Positions 59,372 to 64,000 of a stretch of DNA of 64,000 nucleotides are shown piece after piece. The translations under genes and the position numbers were made by a program. The stretch covers positions 64,136 through 128,135 of the forward strand of contig CALVYG010000048.1 of the NCBI GenBank assembly GCA_944372095.1, read 5' to 3'. Origin of the DNA: an uncultured Clostridia bacterium. GTDB lineage: Bacteria > Bacillota > Clostridia > Christensenellales > DTU072. The notes under the pieces are model-generated. The model saw only the letters and a program-made list of their open reading frames with translations. It had not been told where the DNA came from and ran no database searches. Numbering within the stretch: position 1 is the first letter of the stretch; every line of letters begins with the position of its first letter.

Positions 59372-59400
59372 ATTATATCTATTTTCATGGTATAAGTCAA
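59372..59400 (-). promoter_or_regulatory. Near-consensus sigma-A promoter driving the mini-cassette
   Basis: Minus strand reads TTGACT-17 nt-TATAAT, beginning 16 nt after the recombinase stop. Confidence 0.6.
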
Positions 59401-59415
59401 TAAACTGCATTTTTA

Positions 59416-60915
59416 TTAGATACGCATTATTAGCAAAAATTCTTTTAATCCATAATTTTCTCTATTTTGTATTACGTACGGCATTTTAAGTTGTTTTTCG
59501 TAAAAAGAAAAGTCCCGACTTTCATCGGAACCTGCTTTTATGGGACTATTGTATTGAATGATTATCTTATCGTCATACAGCGTTATTTGCTTTACAAGCG
59601 TGTTTATCAGCATCTGCGGTTCGAGTGTCAAAGCCTGCTCGTAATACGCTCGCATTTCTTCTTCCGTAAATCTGTCTGTCGTTTTGGCTTTCTGTACGGC
59701 AACGGCTTTTTCGAGTTCTGCGGCTTTCAGTTCAAGTTCTCTCAATCGTTTCATCGCCGTTGCGCTCGTACCGCCGTTTTCTATCGCCGTCATTATGTTC
59801 GATATCTGCGTTTCGGTTGTCTTGCGTTCCTTTGTAAATCTTTGCAAATCCGCATTATCCGTTATCAAATCTTCCTGCATGCGCATAAGAGATGATATCA
59901 TCTTGTCTTTGACTTCCTTTTCGGAAAGAAGCTTAACGATATTGTTTACGACAAAATCTTCGAGGAGGTCTTTTCTCACCATAGATTTTGTGCAGCCGTT
60001 GTTATGCTTTCTTCCGAGGCATTTATAATACCGTATCTTTTTGCCGCCTTTGGACGTTCCCGTTTCCGCGCTGATAGGTTTTCCGCAATATCCGCATATC
60101 ATTTTGTTCCGGAGCATGTAAACTACTTCCACACTGAGTTTGCCGTATTTGTTCGTATCGGTTTTCTGTCTGACTTTCTCGTATATATCTTTCGGCACGA
60201 TTGCGGGATAGATATTGTCGAACACTTCGTCGTTATGTCTGCATATTCCGAAATACTTTTCGTTTTTCAGTATGTTGTAAATCGTATTTCTCGCAAACGA
60301 CTTTCCTTTATTGAATATGCCTTTTTCCGTTAGCGCCGAAATTATATCTTTGACATACACTCCCATAGCATACTGCTCGTATATGTATCTGACGACTTCG
60401 GCTTTTTCTTCGTCGATTGTTACCTTGTGATTTTCCACCTTGTAGCCGTATATTATCGTACCGCCCGTAAAATTGCCTTTGAGCCTTGTTTCTTTCATAC
60501 CGCGTTTTACTTTCTGCGACAGTTCCGCACTGTAATATTCAGCATAACCTTCGAGCATACTTTCCAAGATAATCGCTTCGGGCGAATCAGGAATATATTC
60601 CGTAGCGGATATAACTTTCACACCGTTGTCTTTGAGCGTTTTCTTGTGTACCGCCATTTCGTACTTGTTACGACTGAATCTGTCTAATTTATAAACGAGG
60701 ACCAGCTCCCATTCTTTACGATTACTGTCTTTGATCATCTTTTGGAAATCGGGACGGTTATCGTTCGTACCCGTCATGGCACGGTCGATATACGTTTTTA
60801 CTACCGTTATATCGTGAGTTTTTGCGTACTCGTTACACACTCTGAGCTGCCCTTCGATAGACTGCTCGGATTGGTTATCCGAACTGTAACGGGCATATAT
60901 TACTGCTGTTTTCAT
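59416..60915 (-). CDS. Large serine recombinase (resolvase domain + recombinase domain + zinc ribbon + coiled coil)
   Basis: MKTAVIYARYSSDNQ (catalytic Ser region), DRFSRN, and the Cys ribbon CGYCGKP...YYKC...GC. Start set to MKTAV (GGAGG upstream). Confidence 0.88.
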   Translation of the reverse strand: MKTAVIYARYSSDNQSEQSIEGQLRVCNEYAKTHDITVVKTYIDRAMTGTNDNRPDFQKMIKDSNRKEWELVLVYKLDRFSRNKYEMAVHKKTLKDNGVKVISATEYIPDSPEAIILESMLEGYAEYYSAELSQKVKRGMKETRLKGNFTGGTIIYGYKVENHKVTIDEEKAEVVRYIYEQYAMGVYVKDIISALTEKGIFNKGKSFARNTIYNILKNEKYFGICRHNDEVFDNIYPAIVPKDIYEKVRQKTDTNKYGKLSVEVVYMLRNKMICGYCGKPISAETGTSKGGKKIRYYKCLGRKHNNGCTKSMVRKDLLEDFVVNNIVKLLSEKEVKDKMISSLMRMQEDLITDNADLQRFTKERKTTETQISNIMTAIENGGTSATAMKRLRELELKAAELEKAVAVQKAKTTDRFTEEEMRAYYEQALTLEPQMLINTLVKQITLYDDKIIIQYNSPIKAGSDESRDFSFYEKQLKMPYVIQNRENYGLKEFLLIMRI

Positions 60916-61012
60916 TTGGGTTATACCTCCTAATATTTGATTTAGATTTGTCTTTCGACGGGAGCGGCACAAACGGAAAAGGGTTAAGCGATTTTTATTA
61001 GTTGTTTATTTA

Positions 61013-61060
61013 TTTGCCGTCAGGGGTTGCAAAGCAATTCACTTTACCCTTGACGGCAAA
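61013..61060. other. 15-bp near-perfect inverted repeat between rep and the recombinase gene
   Basis: tttgccgtcaggggt ... acccttgacggcaaa (14/15 complementary, 18-nt loop). Confidence 0.6.
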
Positions 61061-61099
61061 GCCTTTTTCGTTTAAGCTCCTCGGGAAGAAAGACAATGG

Positions 61100-62035
61100 T
61101 TAATTGCACTTCGGCATTTGCTTAATTACTTCCGAACTTACTTTCCCCACAAGACACCCTTCGTCCCAACAGTTGAAATCGTCCGAAAGCAACAGCTTTT
61201 TATCTTCCTGTCCTATAGTGCAGAGGACGTCTTCGTCCATAATGTCCGACCTGAAATACGTCGGTATGTTCCTCGAATAAATCAGCTTTTCGCCGCTCTT
61301 TTCTATGTACTTCATCAGGTACCTTGCCGAGTCCGTTATCTCTCGTCTGACGCTTAATTCGTTGAAGTCGTTTCGTCCGAATTTGTCGTTAAAGTATGTG
61401 TTTTGTCTAATTATCTGCCGTTTTCGGGAACCGAAACTGTAATCTTTCTTTTCTTCAAGTCCTCCCGGCATACCGCTTTCGGGGATATAGAATATACCGT
61501 GAAAGTGAAGTCTGTTGGTTTCTCCGCCGCGTTCCCATACACCGATATATTTCCAGCCTTTTCTATGAACCATTCGTTTCAATACATTAGACAGTCCTTT
61601 CCTGAAACTTGCTTCCGTATGCTTTTCGTTAGAATATGTGAAAGTGCAAAACCAGTTCCATTCGTTAAGGTTTATCTTTCTTGCAAGCCTTGTCTTGCGG
61701 ACAATTTTGTTTCGCTGTAACCGTTCTATGTTCCTCTGTACATACTCTCTTGTCTGTTCTTCCGTCTTGAAATCCCGTTTCAGTTCTTTAGTTAATATCT
61801 CTATCTTTTCGGCTTTTCTTTTGCCGTTGTTTTCTCCGTAAATCTTCTCAAATCTTTCCTTGGGAGTGAGAATCTCCGTAGCCGTTTTATCGGTCTTATT
61901 CTTTGCTGTCTGCAATTCCATACCCGCGCAGACCGTCATTGTCGGGCTTTTCTTTCGTTTGGTCGGATTGTCGGTTTGAGGGATTGCTATGTAGTGACTT
62001 CCGTCGTTGTATACTTTTGCGCTTCTGTACGGCAT
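61100..62035 (-). CDS. HUH-superfamily rolling-circle replication initiator (two-tyrosine type)
   Basis: Ordered motifs WFCTFTY (I), LHFHGIFY (II, HUH) and YLMKYIEK (III, Y-x3-Y). Start set to MPYRS (AAGGAGGT upstream). The track ORF extends to 62098. Confidence 0.65.
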   Translation of the reverse strand: MPYRSAKVYNDGSHYIAIPQTDNPTKRKKSPTMTVCAGMELQTAKNKTDKTATEILTPKERFEKIYGENNGKRKAEKIEILTKELKRDFKTEEQTREYVQRNIERLQRNKIVRKTRLARKINLNEWNWFCTFTYSNEKHTEASFRKGLSNVLKRMVHRKGWKYIGVWERGGETNRLHFHGIFYIPESGMPGGLEEKKDYSFGSRKRQIIRQNTYFNDKFGRNDFNELSVRREITDSARYLMKYIEKSGEKLIYSRNIPTYFRSDIMDEDVLCTIGQEDKKLLLSDDFNCWDEGCLVGKVSSEVIKQMPKCN

Positions 62036-62037
62036 AG

Positions 62038-62193
62038 CTACCTCCTTTGAACGGATACTTCCGCTCGCTGTTGCTTGGAAAGTGAAGATATCCGACATAA
62101 AAGCGTTGCAAAGAAAGTATTCTGTTCGCTTCCGCTCATCGCTTCGATATCCGGCTTTCCGATGTTTACTACCTTGATTGTTTCTTTGTTCAA
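62038..62193 (-). CDS. 51-codon ORF upstream of rep (TTG start)
   Basis: AAGGAGGT lies 8 nt before the TTG. Its TAG stop sits inside the rep SD/start region (GGAGGTAGCTATG), implying coupling. Translation: MNKETIKVVNIGKPDIEAMSGSEQNTFFATLLCRISSLSKQQRAEVSVQRR. Confidence 0.35.
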   Translation of the reverse strand: MNKETIKVVNIGKPDIEAMSGSEQNTFFATLLCRISSLSKQQRAEVSVQRR

Positions 62194-62290
62194 TAGGCGT
62201 TACCTCCTTGTTTTGTTTTTTCTTTTATATCCCGCAAACTCGCAAGAACTTTGCGACTTCACGAAATTTTCTTTGTAAAGTTATCCACAC

Positions 62291-62684
62291 TTATAAGGGA
62301 ATCTGAAAGGCAAAAATGGGGTTAAGTCAACTTAAAATTTTTCACCCTTCACTTATAAGGGAATTGCAAAGCCAAAAGTCCACCCCATAAAAGTAAGATT
62401 TTTTTATTTGACAGCTGCGAAAGTTGTTTCGCCCTTCACTTACAAGGGAATTGCAATAACGAAAATGGACCCCCTTGAATGAATGTTCTCTACTTAGTAG
62501 CCGCGAAAACAGCCGTTATGGGGTCGTTTCCGCGAAAAAAATTTTATCCTACATTTAATAGCCACGAAAATGCCTGAAATGGACCCCCCCTCAATTAGAA
62601 GCCATGGAACCGGCAAAAATTAACCCCCTGAATAAAATGTTCCTATTTAGAAGCCTCGAAAAAAGCAAAAGTCCACGGTCCGGG
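62291..62684. repeat. Field of at least 7 degenerate ~30-35-nt direct repeats (candidate iterons / protein-binding array)
   Basis: Units start at 62291, 62353, (62408), 62440, 62494, 62555, 62595 and 62647. Shape is TTAnAAG(G/C)...GAAA...AAAA(T/G)(G/T)(G/C)..CCCC, for example ttataagggaat...aaaatgggg, ttacaagggaat...aaaatggaccccc and ttagaagcc...aaaattaaccccc. Confidence 0.7.
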
Positions 62685-62685
62685 C

Positions 62686-62717
62686 AAAAAATAAGGCAAC
62701 CTTTCTCGGATTGCCTT
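62686..62717 (-). terminator. Terminator after the sigma-like gene
   Basis: Minus-strand stem AAGGCAA/UUGCCUU followed by AUUUUUUG. Confidence 0.6.
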
Positions 62718-62741
62718 GTAAATTCGTTATTTGATTGTATA

Positions 62742-63362
62742 TTACAGCGTTTCCGCTATTGCCATATATTTCATCTGTGCGCTCTTTCTTCTGCGCCATA
62801 TAGTAGAAAGATTTAATGCAAACATTCTTGCCTGTTCGGTAAAGCCTATTCCTGCCATATAGCATTCGATCGTTTCTTTTTCGCCTATGTTCAGATTGAG
62901 TTTTTCCATTATCTCATCGTACTTTGTATAGTCCGTTTCTTTGTCCTGTTCGAAGTCCGTAAACGGCTCTTTGCTTCTGTATAAATCTTCTGCACTTTCG
63001 GTATACCGTTTGATTTTCCATTCCTCGTACAGTTTATGACAGAGTATCTTACTGCACATTCGTCTTATTGCATACGTCTTTTCGCTTTTCGGGTCGATAC
63101 AGGTGTCGAAAACGGATTTTCCCATATATCCGCATAGGAATAACGCCGCTTCCTGTGCAAGGTCGTAACTGTCCGTAAAGACATATCCGTCCAAGTCTTT
63201 GTAATCTATGTCCCTTGCAAGATTGGCATACATTCTGTGCAGCATTTTATGTCCGCACATAAACTTCAATGCACTCAGTGCAAGCAATTCTCCCATACGC
63301 ATCACATTGTCCGGTGAAATTTTCTCATCGAATATTTCGTAACCTTTTCTTTTGTTTTCCAT
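62742..63362 (-). CDS. Sigma-70 region-4-like / HTH protein of the mobile element
   Basis: The C-terminal LNIGEKETIECYMAGIGFTEQARMFALNLSTIWRRRKSAQMK resembles a sigma region 4 HTH. Start set to MENKRK (GAGGT upstream). Confidence 0.5.
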   Translation of the reverse strand: MENKRKGYEIFDEKISPDNVMRMGELLALSALKFMCGHKMLHRMYANLARDIDYKDLDGYVFTDSYDLAQEAALFLCGYMGKSVFDTCIDPKSEKTYAIRRMCSKILCHKLYEEWKIKRYTESAEDLYRSKEPFTDFEQDKETDYTKYDEIMEKLNLNIGEKETIECYMAGIGFTEQARMFALNLSTIWRRRKSAQMKYMAIAETL

Positions 63363-63615
63363 TTTTATTTTACCTCGAAATTTACTTGCCTTTCGGCAGG
63401 CAAAAGGGAGCATATGACGGTAAAAGGAAAATATCTTTACTGTTCATTTGGGAAAGTCAACGGGCAAAAGAAAAATCCTTGCTTTACCGTCTTTTAATTA
63501 GGACGTTTACGCAAGAATTTTACGACCGTTTACTTTCCCGAGGAGTATGCGAAAATATGCCCACGAAAGGCAAGCTTCGGAGAATGACAAGCAAAACACC
63601 GTATGACATATACAA

Positions 63616-63787
63616 AAAGGCTGTAAAAAAGGAAAACACGAGAGAGCGAAAAAGCGGAAGTTCGCCCAAGCGGTTCAGCGCGAAACTCCGCTTCGCTCTC
63701 GTTTTCCGTTCAGCCTTTCAGTTTGTGTTACGGCGTGTGCTTGTCTGGCGGAGCGTAGCGACGCCACTTGTCATAGACAAGCACACG
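63616..63787. other. Two long GC-rich hairpins (candidate oriT / single-strand origin / recombination site)
   Basis: Hairpin 1, 63616-63718: aaaggctg...ggaaaacacgagagagcgaaaaagcggaagtt / aactccgcttcgctctcgttttcc...cagccttt. Hairpin 2, 63734-63787: cgtgtgcttgtct / agacaagcacacg, enclosing ggcg...cgcc. Confidence 0.6.
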
Positions 63788-63957
63788 TCCTGGTGCCACC
63801 TATTAAAGAACAGGCAAAATTAACGAAATAAAGTGACTTATAATTTGTTGTAAAATAAGTCATCTTTTATTCCTTATTTTGTTCCATAGTAATTAAATTT
63901 TAACTTCTCTACTCTTTAAAAAAAGTACATTAACTTAATATTATTGGAAGGGGATTT

Positions 63958-64000
63958 ATGGTAGTAGAAAAGCTTCGTAATTTTTGCATAGAAAATATGC
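63958..64000 (+). CDS. 5' end of an unidentified ORF (MVVEKLRNFCIENM...), truncated by the window
   Basis: GGAAGGGG SD 5 nt before the ATG. Only 14 codons are visible. Confidence 0.3.
   Translation, partial: MVVEKLRNFCIENM

Larger units (their letters stand above)
59200..64000. mobile_element. Integrated mobile element (serine recombinase + RCR Rep), left end near tRNA-Ser, right end beyond the window
   Basis: Abrupt change to visibly higher G+C and to mobile-element gene content directly after tRNA-Ser and its terminators. The exact junction was not identified. Confidence 0.6.

Noticed and set aside
62291-62684. Could the repeat field be a CRISPR array?
   Set aside because: The units are degenerate rather than identical, the spacing is irregular (32-62 nt between starts), there is no repeat-spacer alternation and no cas genes are nearby. 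An iteron or binding-site array is a better description.

Overview
Low-GC Firmicutes (Clostridia-like, spore-forming) chromosomal segment with very high coding density. From 1 to 34.5 kb nearly every gene is on the minus strand. (1) 0-18 kb holds a sporulation sigma and cell-division block: sigK, an RluA-family synthase, nrdR, ylmC, sigG-sigE-spoIIGA, ftsZ, a divergent ftsA-like gene, divIB, murA, ftsW/spoVE, murD, mraY, murE, a class B PBP, rsmH and mraZ. Upstream of mraZ sits a sigma-A promoter and an array of GTGGAA direct repeats. (2) 18-49 kb is mostly housekeeping: engB, clpX, clpP, tig, dnaB, pepF, a Bacillus-type SRP RNA, hflX, spoIVA, der, rqcH, sdaA, pyrR-pyrP with a PyrR attenuator, asd-dapB, gap, leuS and tRNA-Glu(CUC). 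Two non-standard items interrupt it. One is a Cys-capped Thr/Val/Ser-rich 199-aa protein behind a mother-cell-type promoter motif. The other is a 924-aa MalT-like STAND protein that has lost its P-loop, carries a C-terminal SARP (wHTH+BTAD) module, and is translationally coupled to a SAM methyltransferase. (3) 49-59 kb is accessory-looking: a three-gene operon (unknown 486-aa membrane protein, ABC ATPase, double-FtsX permease), a second RluA-family gene, a Spo0A-family protein with an atypical receiver pocket, and a MacB-type fused ABC transporter with an EF-hand loop in its outer domain. (4) 59.2-64 kb, just 3' of tRNA-Ser(GCU), is a visibly GC-richer integrated mobile element that runs off the window. 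It has a promoter/SD/19-codon ORF/anti-SD/terminator mini-cassette, a large serine recombinase, a two-tyrosine HUH rolling-circle Rep preceded by a 51-codon ORF, a ~400-nt field of degenerate direct repeats, a sigma-region-4-like protein and a block of long hairpins. No CRISPR array, rRNA or transposase was seen. All calls rest on reading the translations and DNA by eye; no database search or computation was run.
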